From: Gemmatimonadota bacterium
Lineage (GTDB): Bacteria > Gemmatimonadota > Gemmatimonadetes > Gemmatimonadales > GWC2-71-9
Assembly (NCBI GenBank): GCA_039591655.1
Contig: JBDHDE010000035.1
Location: 1 to 64,000 of the forward strand
Direction: 5' to 3'
Length of the DNA stretch: 64,000 bases
Under the pieces are notes generated by a model, which was not told the origin of the DNA, did not search any database, and saw only the letters and a list, made by a program, of their open reading frames with translations. Within the stretch, counting starts at the first letter, position 1, and each line of letters opens with the position of its first letter. This document shows, piece by piece, positions 10,461 to 20,553 of the stretch. The translations under genes were made by a program, and so were the position numbers.

Positions 10461-10490
10461 GCCCCGCAGTCGCGCCGGCGGCTGCGGGGC
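10461..10490 (+). terminator. GC-rich hairpin after S9 paralog 1
   Basis: GCCCCGCAGTCGC...GCGGCTGCGGGGC stem; weak U-tract. Confidence 0.45.
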
Positions 10491-10685
10491 TTCGCGTCCT
10501 GGCGTTGATTCCCCGGCGGGCGGAGGGGTCTCCGCAGCTGACGGCCGCCTGCGGTCCACCCATCGAGCCCGCCGGCTGAGTAGATTCTCAAGCGGAAGCC
10601 GCCCACCGGGGCGGTGCAACCCGGTAGGAGGTCTGCGGGTTGAACGACGGCCGCAGTCCTGTCAATCATGAGGAAGGGACACAGC

Positions 10686-12977
10686 ATGCGAAGCAATCGG
10701 AAACGGATCGCCGCGGGCCGGATGTTGGGCCTGCTGGCGGCTTCGCTGTTCGTCGTGCCGGCGTTGCCGGCGCAGCAGGTGGACTCCCTCGACCTGGACC
10801 GCATCTTCAGCCGGTTCGAGTTCTTCGGGGAGCGCTTCGGCCCGGCGCGCTGGCTGGAGGACGGCACCTACACGACGCTGGAGCGCTCGGAGGAGGTGCA
10901 GGAGGCGCGGGAGATCGTGCGCTACGATCCCGCAACGGACGAGCGTGAGATCATGGTCGCGGCATCGCTCCTGGTGCCGGAGGGGCAGGAGCGGGCGCTC
11001 TCCATCTCGAACTACCGGTGGTCGGAGGACGGCACCAAGCTGCTGATCTTCACCAACACCACACGGGTTTGGCGCTTCAACACCATGGGCGACTACTGGG
11101 TGCTGGACCTGGCGAGCGGCAACCTGCGCCAGATCGGGATGGACCGGCCCGAGTCTTCCCTGATGTACGCCAAGTTCTCGCCCGACGGCTCCCGCGTGGG
11201 CTACGTCAGCGAGAACAACCTCTATGTCGAGGACCTCGAGAGCGGGGACGTCGTCCAGCTCACGGATGATGGCTCGGTGACGATCCTCAACGGCCGGTTC
11301 GACTGGGTGTACGAGGAGGAGTTCTTCCTGGGTTCCCGCTTCGGCGCCGACGGGTGGCGCTGGAGCCCGGACGGCCGGAAGATCGCCTACTGGCAGCTGG
11401 ACGCCGAGGGCATCGGCGTCTTCCTGATGATCAACAATACGGATTCGCTCTACTCCTACACCATCCCCGTGCAGTACCCCAAGGCCGGAACCACAAACTC
11501 CGCGGCCCGACTGGGGATCGTGCCAGCCGATGGCGGAGAGACCACCTGGCTGCAGATCGAAGCCGACCCGCGCGACACCTACATCGCGCGCATGATGTGG
11601 GCCGACAACTCTGACGAGGTGATGATACAGCACCTCAACAGGTTGCAGAACACGAATCGGGTGATGCTCGGATCGGCCCGCGACGGTTCGGTGAGAACGA
11701 TCCTAACGGAGACGGACGAGGCGTGGACGGATGCGATCGACGACGTCTACTGGCTCGACGGCGGTGAGAGATTCACCTGGATGAGCGAGCGGGACGGCTG
11801 GCGCCGCATGTACGTCGTGAGCCGGGATGGTGCAGACATCAGGCCGGTCACCCCTCCAAGAGCTGACGTGATGTCGGTCCAGTTGTTGGATGACGAAGGC
11901 GGCTGGCTCTACTACATCGCGTCGCCGGGGGAGCCCACCCGCCGCTTTCTGTACAGGGTGTCGCTTGACGGGTCGATGCGGGCCGAGCGGGTCTCACCGG
12001 AGGACATGCCCGGCTGGCACGGCTACCAGATCGCACCAAACGGGCAGTGGGCGTTCCATACCTACTCCACATTCGAGACGCCGGCGGTCATCTCGCTAGT
12101 TACGCTCCCCGACCACGGCGTGCAGAAAACTCTGGTGGACAACGCGGAGCTGCGGGCGAAGGTGGAGGCGGTGAAGCACGTGCCCACGGAGTTCTTCCGG
12201 GTGGACGTAGGCGACGGCCTGATCCTGGACGGATGGGTCATGAAGCCCAACGACTTCGATCCGTCGAAGAGGTACCCCGTGCTGTTCTACGTCTACGGCG
12301 AGCCGTGGGGTACGACGGTGGCCGATCGCTGGGGCGGCACGCAGCTGATGTGGCACCAGTATCTGACGCAACTCGGCTATCTGGTGATGAGCATCGACAA
12401 CCGCGGGACACCGGTCCCGCGGGGCCGCGAGTGGCGCAAGATCGTGTACCGACAGATCGGTGTGATCTCGTCGGAGGACCAGGCGAACGCTGTGAAGGCA
12501 GTCGCTGACAGCTTCCCGTACGTGGACGCTAACCGCATCGGTATCTGGGGCTGGAGCGGCGGAGGATCCAGCACACTCCAGGCGATGTTCCGCTACCCGG
12601 ACATCTACAGCACCGGTATAGCTGTGGCGTCCGTGCCCGACCAGCGCTACTACGACACGATCTATCAGGAGCGGTACATGGGCCTGCCGTCGGACAACGC
12701 GGCCGATTACGAGAAGGCCTCGCCGATCACCTATGCTGACGGACTTGAAGGCAACCTCCTGATAGTGCACGGCACCGGTGACGACAACGTGCACTTTCAG
12801 GGTGCCGAGGCGCTGATCAACAAGTTGATCGAGAGCAACAAGCACTTCACAATGATGGCGTATCCCAATCGTTCCCACGGCATCTACGAAGGCCGTGGCA
12901 CGAGGCGCCATCTGTACGGGTTGATGACCCGGTACCTGCAGGAGAACCTGCCGGCAGGCGGCAAGCCGGGCACCTGA
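10686..12977 (+). CDS. Secreted S9B (dipeptidyl-peptidase IV-like) peptidase, paralog 2
   Basis: Same motifs as paralog 1 (DWVYEEE, GWSGGG, HGTGDDNVH, YPNRSH); highly similar tandem copy. Confidence 0.9.
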   Translation: MRSNRKRIAAGRMLGLLAASLFVVPALPAQQVDSLDLDRIFSRFEFFGERFGPARWLEDGTYTTLERSEEVQEAREIVRYDPATDEREIMVAASLLVPEGQERALSISNYRWSEDGTKLLIFTNTTRVWRFNTMGDYWVLDLASGNLRQIGMDRPESSLMYAKFSPDGSRVGYVSENNLYVEDLESGDVVQLTDDGSVTILNGRFDWVYEEEFFLGSRFGADGWRWSPDGRKIAYWQLDAEGIGVFLMINNTDSLYSYTIPVQYPKAGTTNSAARLGIVPADGGETTWLQIEADPRDTYIARMMWADNSDEVMIQHLNRLQNTNRVMLGSARDGSVRTILTETDEAWTDAIDDVYWLDGGERFTWMSERDGWRRMYVVSRDGADIRPVTPPRADVMSVQLLDDEGGWLYYIASPGEPTRRFLYRVSLDGSMRAERVSPEDMPGWHGYQIAPNGQWAFHTYSTFETPAVISLVTLPDHGVQKTLVDNAELRAKVEAVKHVPTEFFRVDVGDGLILDGWVMKPNDFDPSKRYPVLFYVYGEPWGTTVADRWGGTQLMWHQYLTQLGYLVMSIDNRGTPVPRGREWRKIVYRQIGVISSEDQANAVKAVADSFPYVDANRIGIWGWSGGGSSTLQAMFRYPDIYSTGIAVASVPDQRYYDTIYQERYMGLPSDNAADYEKASPITYADGLEGNLLIVHGTGDDNVHFQGAEALINKLIESNKHFTMMAYPNRSHGIYEGRGTRRHLYGLMTRYLQENLPAGGKPGT

Positions 12978-13002
12978 CGGCGTTCCGCCGCATGAAGGCG
13001 TG

Positions 13003-13036
13003 GGCCCCCACGGTTGCTGCGGCGACTGTGGGGGCC
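13003..13036 (+). terminator. GC-rich hairpin after S9 paralog 2
   Basis: GGCCCCCACGGTTGC/GCGACTGTGGGGGCC stem; no U-tract. Confidence 0.35.
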
Positions 13037-13067
13037 TGACGAACCAATCGAGCGAGGAAGAGCTGCG

Positions 13068-14807
13068 ATGAGAAGGACATGCTTGCAGGTATGGACGCTT
13101 CTGGCGGTGGTCCTCGTAGCGCCGGCGCCCGCCCCGGCGCAGGACGTGGCTGGGCAGATCGACGCACTGGTGAGCCGCTATCACGAGCTTGACAGCTTCA
13201 ATGGCGCTGTCCTGGTGGCGCAGCACGGAGAGGTCGTCTACGAGAAGGGGTTCGGGTACGCCAACATGGAGTGGGGGATCCCCAACACCCCGGACACCCG
13301 GTTCCGCATCGGATCGGTGACCAAGCAGTTCACCGCGACCGTCATCCTCAAACTTGTCGAGGATGGCAAGCTCAGCCTCGACGGCAAGATCACTGATTAC
13401 CTGCCGGCGTACCCGCAGGAGACCGGCGACCGGGTCACCATCCATCACCTGCTGACCCACACCTCCGGCATCCCCAGTTACACCGGCCTCAGGGAGTTCA
13501 TGGAGGAGCACAGCCGCGACCCGTTCACGCCGGATTCGCTGGTTGCGGTATTCGCGCCCCTGGAGCTGGAGTTCGAGCCGGGCGAAGAGTTCCGCTACAA
13601 CAACTCAGGCTACTTCCTTCTCGGTGCGATCATCGAGCAGGTGACGGACCTGCCCTACGATCAGGCCCTGTGGGAGATGGTGCTGGATCCGCTCGACCTC
13701 GACGACACCGGCTACGACCACTTCAGGGATGTCCTCCCACGTCGGGCTGCGGGCTACAGCCAGACATTCGCAGGCTACGAGAACGCCGACTACCTCGACA
13801 CGTCGCTGCCCTACGCCGCGGGCTCGATGTACTCCACGGTACGAGATCTCTTCGAGTGGGACCGGCTGCTGTACACCGACCGAGTGTTCGCCGACCCGCA
13901 GTCCAAGGAGAAGATGTTCACCCCATTCCTGAACGGTTACGCCTTTGGCTGGGGGGTGCGGGACATCAGTTTCGGCGGCGACACGACGAAGCTCATCTCG
14001 CACGGCGGCGGAATCAACGGGTTCATCACGGGGTTCTGGCGGTTGGTGGATGACGAGCACACGATCATCGTGATGGACAACACCGAGGGCCGCTCGGTGG
14101 GGGCGATCCAGCGAGGCATCGCGAGCATCCTGTACGGCGAGGAGCCGGAGCAGCCCAAGGCGTCCATCGCGCAGGCCATCCACGACGTGATCGAGGCCGA
14201 GGGCGTCGATGCGGCCGTCGTGCGCTACTGGGAGCTCAAGGAGGCCGAGCCCGACGCATACGACTTCGCCGAGCCGGAGCTGAACCGGCTGGGCTACTAC
14301 TACCTGGGAGACGGCTACGTCCAGACGACGATCGAGGTGTTCAAGCTCAACGTGGAAGCCTATCCCGAGGGCTTCAACACCTACGACAGCCTGGGTGAGG
14401 CGTACATGGAAGCGGGCGAGCGCGCGCTGGCCATTGCGAACTACGAGAAGTCGCTGGAGCTGAATCCGGACAACAACAACGCGCGCGCGATGCTGCGGCG
14501 CCTTGGCGTGGCGGTTCCGGATGAAGCGCGCGAGACGATCACGCTGCCGGTGGAGATGCTCTCCCGCTATGTGGGCAGGTACGAGCTGGACGGGGGCGTG
14601 ATAATCACTGTGACGCTCGAAGACGGGCAGCTAATGGCGCAGACCGAGGGTCAGGATGCGGTCCCGCTGTTCCCCACGAGCGAGACCCACTTCTACATGG
14701 ACGTGGTGCCTGGCGAGGTCGAGTTCGAGCTGGACGAGCAAGGAAGGGTCACCGGCTTCACCCTGGACCAAGCGGGGCGGTCGATCCACGGGAAGCGGAA
14801 GGAGTAG
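13068..14807 (+). CDS. Serine hydrolase (beta-lactamase/AmpC-like S12) with TPR and DUF3471-like C-terminal domain
   Basis: GSVTK (SxxK), YNN, HGG motifs; TPR (YDSLGEAY...YEKSLELNP); C-terminal LSRYVGRYEL. Confidence 0.85.
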   Translation: MRRTCLQVWTLLAVVLVAPAPAPAQDVAGQIDALVSRYHELDSFNGAVLVAQHGEVVYEKGFGYANMEWGIPNTPDTRFRIGSVTKQFTATVILKLVEDGKLSLDGKITDYLPAYPQETGDRVTIHHLLTHTSGIPSYTGLREFMEEHSRDPFTPDSLVAVFAPLELEFEPGEEFRYNNSGYFLLGAIIEQVTDLPYDQALWEMVLDPLDLDDTGYDHFRDVLPRRAAGYSQTFAGYENADYLDTSLPYAAGSMYSTVRDLFEWDRLLYTDRVFADPQSKEKMFTPFLNGYAFGWGVRDISFGGDTTKLISHGGGINGFITGFWRLVDDEHTIIVMDNTEGRSVGAIQRGIASILYGEEPEQPKASIAQAIHDVIEAEGVDAAVVRYWELKEAEPDAYDFAEPELNRLGYYYLGDGYVQTTIEVFKLNVEAYPEGFNTYDSLGEAYMEAGERALAIANYEKSLELNPDNNNARAMLRRLGVAVPDEARETITLPVEMLSRYVGRYELDGGVIITVTLEDGQLMAQTEGQDAVPLFPTSETHFYMDVVPGEVEFELDEQGRVTGFTLDQAGRSIHGKRKE

Positions 14808-14891
14808 TCGATCGGTCGCGCTTCCCGCTCTGGCACCATCTCTCAGGGGGCGCTATCCTAATGGCAGTGGCGCCCCTCGGAGTCATCCTCG

Positions 14892-17549
14892 TTGCCTGAT
14901 CTCTTCGACCGCTTGAAGGCGGCCCTCGCCGACCGCTACGCACTGGAGCGCGAGGTGGGCAGCGGGGGGATGGCTACGGTCTATCTGGCGGAGGATCTCA
15001 AGCACCGGCGCCAGGTGGCGGTGAAGGTGCTGCGACCGGAGCTCGCGGCGGCTCTTGGCGCCGATCGCTTCCTGCGGGAGATCGAGATCGCAGCCCAACT
15101 GCAGCATCCCCACATCCTGCCGCTGTACGATTCGGGCGAGGCCGACGACTTCCTGTTCTACGTGATGCCGTATGTGGGGGGCGAGTCCCTGCGTGGGCGG
15201 CTGGAGAGATCTGGAGAGCTGCCTATTCCGGATGCCGTCCGCATACTGCGAGAGGTCGCGGACGCACTTGCACATGCACACTCGCACGGGGTAGTCCACC
15301 GCGACATCAAGCCCGACAATGTGATGTTGACCGGCCGGCACGCCCTGGTGGCCGACTTCGGCGTGGCGAAGGCGGTTAGCGAGGCGACGGGCCGCCATCA
15401 GATCACGACCGCAGGAGTAGCGCTGGGTACGCCGTTCTACATGGCGCCCGAGCAGGCTTCGGCGGATCCCGGTGTGGATCACCGGGCGGACATATACGCC
15501 ATGGGGGCCCTGGCGTACGAGCTGCTCACCGGGCGACCCCCCTTCACGGGTACGACCCCGCAGGCGATTCTCACCGCGCACCTGACGGAGACGCCGGAGC
15601 CCGTGTCCAGCAGGCGGCGGGCGGTGCCTCCCGCCCTCGAGCAAGTGGTCATGCGAAGCCTGGAGAAGAACCCGGCCGACAGGTGGCAGTCGACGGACGA
15701 GATGCTCGGCGTGCTGGAAGGGCTGTCGGCGCCGAGCGGTGGCGTCACGCCTAGCGACATGCGGCCGGCGTCGGCCGGCGAGTCGGGGAAGCGCGGCTGG
15801 TTCAAACGCCTCAGCCCGGCACTCGCGGCGGCCGCGATCGTTGCGCTGGCTGCTGGGGTCTGGTTCGCCCGTGGCTGGATCGCCGGAAGCGGTGCCCCCG
15901 AACTCGATCGGCGAGCCATCGCCGTCCTGCCTTTCGCGAATCTGAGCGGAGATCCCGACACGGAGCCGTTCACTAACGGCATTCACGACGACATCATCGG
16001 TCAACTGGCCCGCATCGAGGCGCTGCGGGTGATCTCGCGCACCTCGGTCATGGAGTACCAGGGCACCGCCAAGAACGTGCGGGAGATCGGGCGGGAGCTT
16101 GGCGTGGGGAGCGTTCTGGAGGGCGGCGTGCAGCGGGCGGGTAACACGGTGCGCATCAATGTGCAGATGATCGATGCGGTTACGGATGAGCACCTGTGGT
16201 CGGATGTATATGACAGGGAGCTGACGGCCCACAACATCTTCGAGATCCAGAGCGACATCGCCCAGCAGGTCGCGGGGGCGCTGCAGGCTACGCTGTCCCC
16301 GGCAGAGCGCGCGCGAATCGCTGCGCGACCCACCGAGAGTCTCGAAGCTTACGACTACTATGTGCGTGGGCTCGAAGACTACTTCCGGGGCTATGACGAA
16401 GAGGATTTCCGCGCAGCGATCACCTGGTTCGAGAGAGCCATTGCAGAGGATCCTTCGTTTGGGCTGGCGTACGCTCAGCTCTCCCGGGTCCACGGGCTCA
16501 TGTGGTGGTTCTTCTACGACCGCAGCGAAACCCGCCTAAGGCAGGCCGAGGATGCAGTGGATGAGGCCCTGCGTCTGGCGCCCGACGACTACTTCACCCG
16601 CGTCGCCCTGGGGGAGCGCCACTACCGGTTGGGGGATTTCGATGCGGCCCTGGAGGAGTTGACGGCGGCGCGGCAGATCCGGCCGCACGACGCCGAGGCA
16701 CTGTTCTATATCGGGTACGTGCAGCGCCGTAGCTTCGGCATGATGGAGGAGGCCACAGTCACGCTGGTTGAGGCAGCGGAGCTGGATCCGCGGTCCGCGG
16801 TGCGGACGGGCGAGATCGGGAGCACCTTCGTGCGGCTGAGGAACGCGAGTGAGGCGCGCCGCTACTTCGACAGAGCCATGGCCCTGGACTCCGGGCACAC
16901 CGACGCGTACGAGAGCAAGGCCAGGCAGCTCCAGCTGCGGGTGGAGGGAGACGTTGCAGGTGCTGGTGCGACGCTTGAGCTGGCCGCCGCAGCGGGGGTT
17001 GAGCACTTGCTGCTGGACCACTTGCGGATTCTCGTCGACATCCTAGACCGACGGTACGAAGACGCGTTGGGGCGGCTCGCTGCGGGGCCGGAAGGCTATG
17101 GGAGCCAGCACATCTACGCCGATCGAGATCAGCTGCGTGGATGGGTGTATCAGCTCCGTGGCGAGCCGCAACTCGCCTCGGCCTACTACGACTCTGCTCG
17201 AGTGCGGTTGGAGCGCCTCGTCCGAGAGGCGCCGGAGGACGGCCGCTACCGCGGCGCCCTCGGTATCGTGTATGCGGCACTCGGCCGTCGGGACGACGCG
17301 ATCCGCGAGGCGGAGCGCGGCGTGGAGCTCGTGCCGCTCGCGCTGGACGCGCTGCGGGGGTTCTACCGGATCGAGGACCTCGCCCGCGTCTATGCGGCAG
17401 TGGGAGAGCACGACCGGGCGGTAGAGCGCCTCGAGTATCTCCTGTCCATACCAGGTGATCTGACGCCCGCCTATCTCGCCATCGATCCGTCGTGGCAGCC
17501 GCTGCGGGAGCACCCCGGCTTCCAGTCCATCCTCGCCCGGCACGACTGA
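14892..17549 (+). CDS. Hanks-type Ser/Thr protein kinase with TM helix, TolB-like domain and TPRs
   Basis: GSGGMATVY, VAVK, HRDIKPDN, DFG, YMAPE; IAVLPFANLS domain; TPR repeats. Confidence 0.9.
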   Translation: MPDLFDRLKAALADRYALEREVGSGGMATVYLAEDLKHRRQVAVKVLRPELAAALGADRFLREIEIAAQLQHPHILPLYDSGEADDFLFYVMPYVGGESLRGRLERSGELPIPDAVRILREVADALAHAHSHGVVHRDIKPDNVMLTGRHALVADFGVAKAVSEATGRHQITTAGVALGTPFYMAPEQASADPGVDHRADIYAMGALAYELLTGRPPFTGTTPQAILTAHLTETPEPVSSRRRAVPPALEQVVMRSLEKNPADRWQSTDEMLGVLEGLSAPSGGVTPSDMRPASAGESGKRGWFKRLSPALAAAAIVALAAGVWFARGWIAGSGAPELDRRAIAVLPFANLSGDPDTEPFTNGIHDDIIGQLARIEALRVISRTSVMEYQGTAKNVREIGRELGVGSVLEGGVQRAGNTVRINVQMIDAVTDEHLWSDVYDRELTAHNIFEIQSDIAQQVAGALQATLSPAERARIAARPTESLEAYDYYVRGLEDYFRGYDEEDFRAAITWFERAIAEDPSFGLAYAQLSRVHGLMWWFFYDRSETRLRQAEDAVDEALRLAPDDYFTRVALGERHYRLGDFDAALEELTAARQIRPHDAEALFYIGYVQRRSFGMMEEATVTLVEAAELDPRSAVRTGEIGSTFVRLRNASEARRYFDRAMALDSGHTDAYESKARQLQLRVEGDVAGAGATLELAAAAGVEHLLLDHLRILVDILDRRYEDALGRLAAGPEGYGSQHIYADRDQLRGWVYQLRGEPQLASAYYDSARVRLERLVREAPEDGRYRGALGIVYAALGRRDDAIREAERGVELVPLALDALRGFYRIEDLARVYAAVGEHDRAVERLEYLLSIPGDLTPAYLAIDPSWQPLREHPGFQSILARHD

Positions 17550-17711
17550 GCCCACCGCGCACGGCTCTCTTCGATCCGCAGAGAGGCCACCAGCAGCTGA
17601 CCACCACGGCGATCCCCGCCGTCCTTCCCAGTGGACAGCTGCTGCCCCGTAGATCCGGTCACTTCGCGGTAACCGCTTGACCGTCAATCAATTACACCTG
17701 CGGGCCGCGAA

Positions 17712-17727
17712 CGGTACCAATCTTGCT
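17712..17727 (+). promoter_or_regulatory. Putative sigma54 -24/-12 promoter
   Basis: cGGTACCAATCTTGCt: GG-N10-GC with TTGC, upstream of the lipoprotein gene. Confidence 0.45.
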
Positions 17728-17818
17728 TTTTGCCAAATGCGAGGGGAGGTCGCGCACTTGCAGCGGCAGGGCCTGCGCGACTCGAGCGCTGACCGGGAGC
17801 TCGGAAGGGCGGTGCAGC

Positions 17819-18619
17819 ATGAGAGCGGAGAACAGCAAGTTGAAGCCCACCGTGTACATCACGACCGTGCCGGAGCTCCACGACGTGCAACGACAGCGGG
17901 CACTGCCGCAGACCGCAGCCTCAAGGCATTCGAGCCGCGGCGGGAGACACGCCCGCCGTCGCGGCGCAGCGACCCAGCGGAGACGGCGGAGTGACGGGTG
18001 GCGTCTCGGAACCGCGCTGCTGGTGCTGTTCGCCGCCACGGGATGTGGGCCGAAGGTCATGGTGCCGCCCCGGCTCGACCTGGCGCGGTACTACGAGGTC
18101 GGGCTCGTGACCTTCACCATGGAGAACGGACGAGGGTCGTTGAATCAGGTGGCCACGGAGCGCTTCGCGGCGGAGGTTTTCGCCGGGCAGCTGGGTGTGG
18201 GAATCCTGGAGCTGGGTGAGGCCGACCGGGTCGTCCAGGAGATCGGGGAGGTGGAGCTCGACGCCCGGGCTGCGCAGGCCATTGGTGACGTATACGGTGT
18301 GCCTGCCGTGTTCGTGGGCCACCTGAAGATCTCCAGTGTGAAGCCCCGGGCGGCGATCGTGGCGTTTCCCCGCATCGAGATCCCGCGGGTGGAGGCCACC
18401 GTGGGCGTGGAGATCACGGTCAGGCTGCTGTCCACCGAATCCGGCGCGACCCTGTGGAGCAACACGGGGAGCGCCACCGAGACGGTGGGCGAGCTGGGGC
18501 TCGTGGATGGCGAGGTGTACTTCGGGGCGCAGGATCCCAACGAGGCTTACGGCCGCCTGGTAGACATCCTGATCTACGACCTCACAGGCGACTTGCGGCC
18601 GACGTACGTGCGGCAATAG
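17819..18619 (+). CDS. Putative lipoprotein (CsgG/TolB-N-like fold), start uncertain
   Basis: Lipobox-like LFAATGC; C-terminal VRLLSTESGATLWS typical of CsgG-like proteins. Confidence 0.6.
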   Translation: MRAENSKLKPTVYITTVPELHDVQRQRALPQTAASRHSSRGGRHARRRGAATQRRRRSDGWRLGTALLVLFAATGCGPKVMVPPRLDLARYYEVGLVTFTMENGRGSLNQVATERFAAEVFAGQLGVGILELGEADRVVQEIGEVELDARAAQAIGDVYGVPAVFVGHLKISSVKPRAAIVAFPRIEIPRVEATVGVEITVRLLSTESGATLWSNTGSATETVGELGLVDGEVYFGAQDPNEAYGRLVDILIYDLTGDLRPTYVRQ

Positions 18620-18726
18620 CTCGGCGCTCGCCGGTTTCTCTCCCCGGGGCGCAACCCCCCGGCGGTCTCATGTGTCCCTTACTGAGGAGTCCTCGCGTTC
18701 TCGGATGCTGCCAGGGAGTGTACCCC

Positions 18727-20541
18727 ATGCGATTTGGCCGATTGATTGCCGCCGTCTCTTCGTTCACTCTGCTCGGATTCGCGCCCCGCGCCGGTGCCGC
18801 ACAGACGGCGGCTGCCGTCTCCGGGCTGCGCTACGATGTCACCATCGACGGTGGGACGGTGCAGAGTAGGCATATCCACGTGAGGATGTCGTTCCGGGCC
18901 GGCGGCAGCGGACCGGTGCTCCTGTCGCTACCGGGGTGGACGCCGGGGTCCTACGAGCTCGACAACTTCGCGCGGTTCATCAGGAACTTCGAGGCGAGAA
19001 GCGGGGACCGCGCCCTGCGCTGGGACAAGACCGACTGGGACACCTGGCGCGTCCACCCGGAGGGTGCGCGAGCCGTCGAGGTGAGCTTCGACTACCGGGC
19101 CGACACGCTGGACGTCGGTATGGCCTGGACGGCGCCGGACTTCGCCTTCTTCAACGGCACCAATCTGTTCTTCTACCCCGAGGGTCAAAGCCTCGAGTTT
19201 CCCGCGCGCGTCGTGTTTCACATAGAGCCCGAGTGGCGCATCGCCACCGGCCTGACGCCGGCGGCGGAGCCGGGCGAGTTCACCGCCTCCGACTATCACG
19301 AGCTGGTCGACATGCCGACACTGATCGGCCGGTTCGATCTCGACAGCGTTCGGATCGAAGGCCGGTGGTACCGGCTCGCCACCTATCCCGCGGGCGTGCT
19401 CGTCGGTGAGATGAGGGAGGATCTGTGGGAACAGACTCGGCGCATGATGCCGCCGATGTCCGCCGTGTTCGGCGAGACGCCTTGGGACACGTACACCACG
19501 ATGGCGGTGTTCGACGACAACTACCCCGGGGCGAGCGCGCTGGAGCATCGGAACTCCCACCTCGGCATCTACATCACGCAGGCAATCGGGAGCCCGTTCC
19601 TCCCGTCGGTCCTGGCCCATGAGATCTTCCATGCGTGGAACGTGAAGCGGCTGCGGCCGGCGGAGATGGTGCCGTACGACTATGGCCAGGCCCAGCCCAC
19701 GACACTCCTGTGGGTGAGCGAGGGGATCACGGACTACTACGCCGACCTCGCAATGGTGCGTGGGCGCAATTGGGGGGCAGAGCAGTTCTACCAGGCCACG
19801 GCGGACAAGATCGGGACGGTGGCAAACTCGCGCCCCGTCGCTTTGGAGGACGCGTCGCTCTCCACCTGGATCGCGCCCGCCGATGGGACGGCGTACATCT
19901 ACTACCCCAAAGGATCGCTCGCCGGGTTCATGCTCGACGTCATGGTTCGCGACGCCTCGGACAACGCGTGCTCGCTGGATGACGTGATGCGCGAGTTGTA
20001 CGACGGCACGTACCAGGCCGGTGAGGGGTTCACCGAGGAGCAGTGGTGGGCAGCGGTGCGCCGCGCCGCCGGCGGGAGGTCGTTCGAGGAGTTCCATGCC
20101 CGCTTCATCGATGGCCGGGACGAGTATCCGTGGGACGAGATACTCCCGCTGGCGGGCCTGGAGTACGCCGTGGACTCGGTGTTCGCGCCGCGCATTGGGG
20201 TGTCGTTGACCCGGGACAGCGGCGGAACGCGGGTCACGCGGGTCACGCCGGGTAGCGCCGCGGCGGAAGCTGGAGTGGCGCCGGACGACTACCTCCTCCG
20301 TGTCGGTGAGGTGGAAGTTGACGCCGCCGACTGGGCCGACACCTTCCGTGCGCGCTACGCCGACACTCCCGAGGGCACTCCGTACGAGATCGTGGTGCAG
20401 CGGAGTGAGGAGACCCTGACGCTACAGACGCACATGCGCTTCGCACCGCGGGTCACTGCTGAGCTGCGGGAGGATCCCAACGCGTCACCGGAGGCGGTAC
20501 GGATTCGTCAGGGGATTCTCACGGGTACGGTGAGTCGGTAG
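18727..20541 (+). CDS. M61 family glycyl aminopeptidase with PDZ domain
   Basis: LPGWTPGSY, ALEH, AHEIFHAWNVKRLRP (HExxH), WVSEGITDYY, YYPKG; C-terminal PDZ. Confidence 0.9.
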   Translation: MRFGRLIAAVSSFTLLGFAPRAGAAQTAAAVSGLRYDVTIDGGTVQSRHIHVRMSFRAGGSGPVLLSLPGWTPGSYELDNFARFIRNFEARSGDRALRWDKTDWDTWRVHPEGARAVEVSFDYRADTLDVGMAWTAPDFAFFNGTNLFFYPEGQSLEFPARVVFHIEPEWRIATGLTPAAEPGEFTASDYHELVDMPTLIGRFDLDSVRIEGRWYRLATYPAGVLVGEMREDLWEQTRRMMPPMSAVFGETPWDTYTTMAVFDDNYPGASALEHRNSHLGIYITQAIGSPFLPSVLAHEIFHAWNVKRLRPAEMVPYDYGQAQPTTLLWVSEGITDYYADLAMVRGRNWGAEQFYQATADKIGTVANSRPVALEDASLSTWIAPADGTAYIYYPKGSLAGFMLDVMVRDASDNACSLDDVMRELYDGTYQAGEGFTEEQWWAAVRRAAGGRSFEEFHARFIDGRDEYPWDEILPLAGLEYAVDSVFAPRIGVSLTRDSGGTRVTRVTPGSAAAEAGVAPDDYLLRVGEVEVDAADWADTFRARYADTPEGTPYEIVVQRSEETLTLQTHMRFAPRVTAELREDPNASPEAVRIRQGILTGTVSR

Positions 20542-20553
20542 GCCTTCTAGAGG

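Noticed and set aside
8142..12977. Repeated sequence as a diversity-generating retroelement TR/VR pair
   Set aside because: Whole-gene paralogs with mostly synonymous, non-adenine-specific differences; no reverse transcriptase in the window
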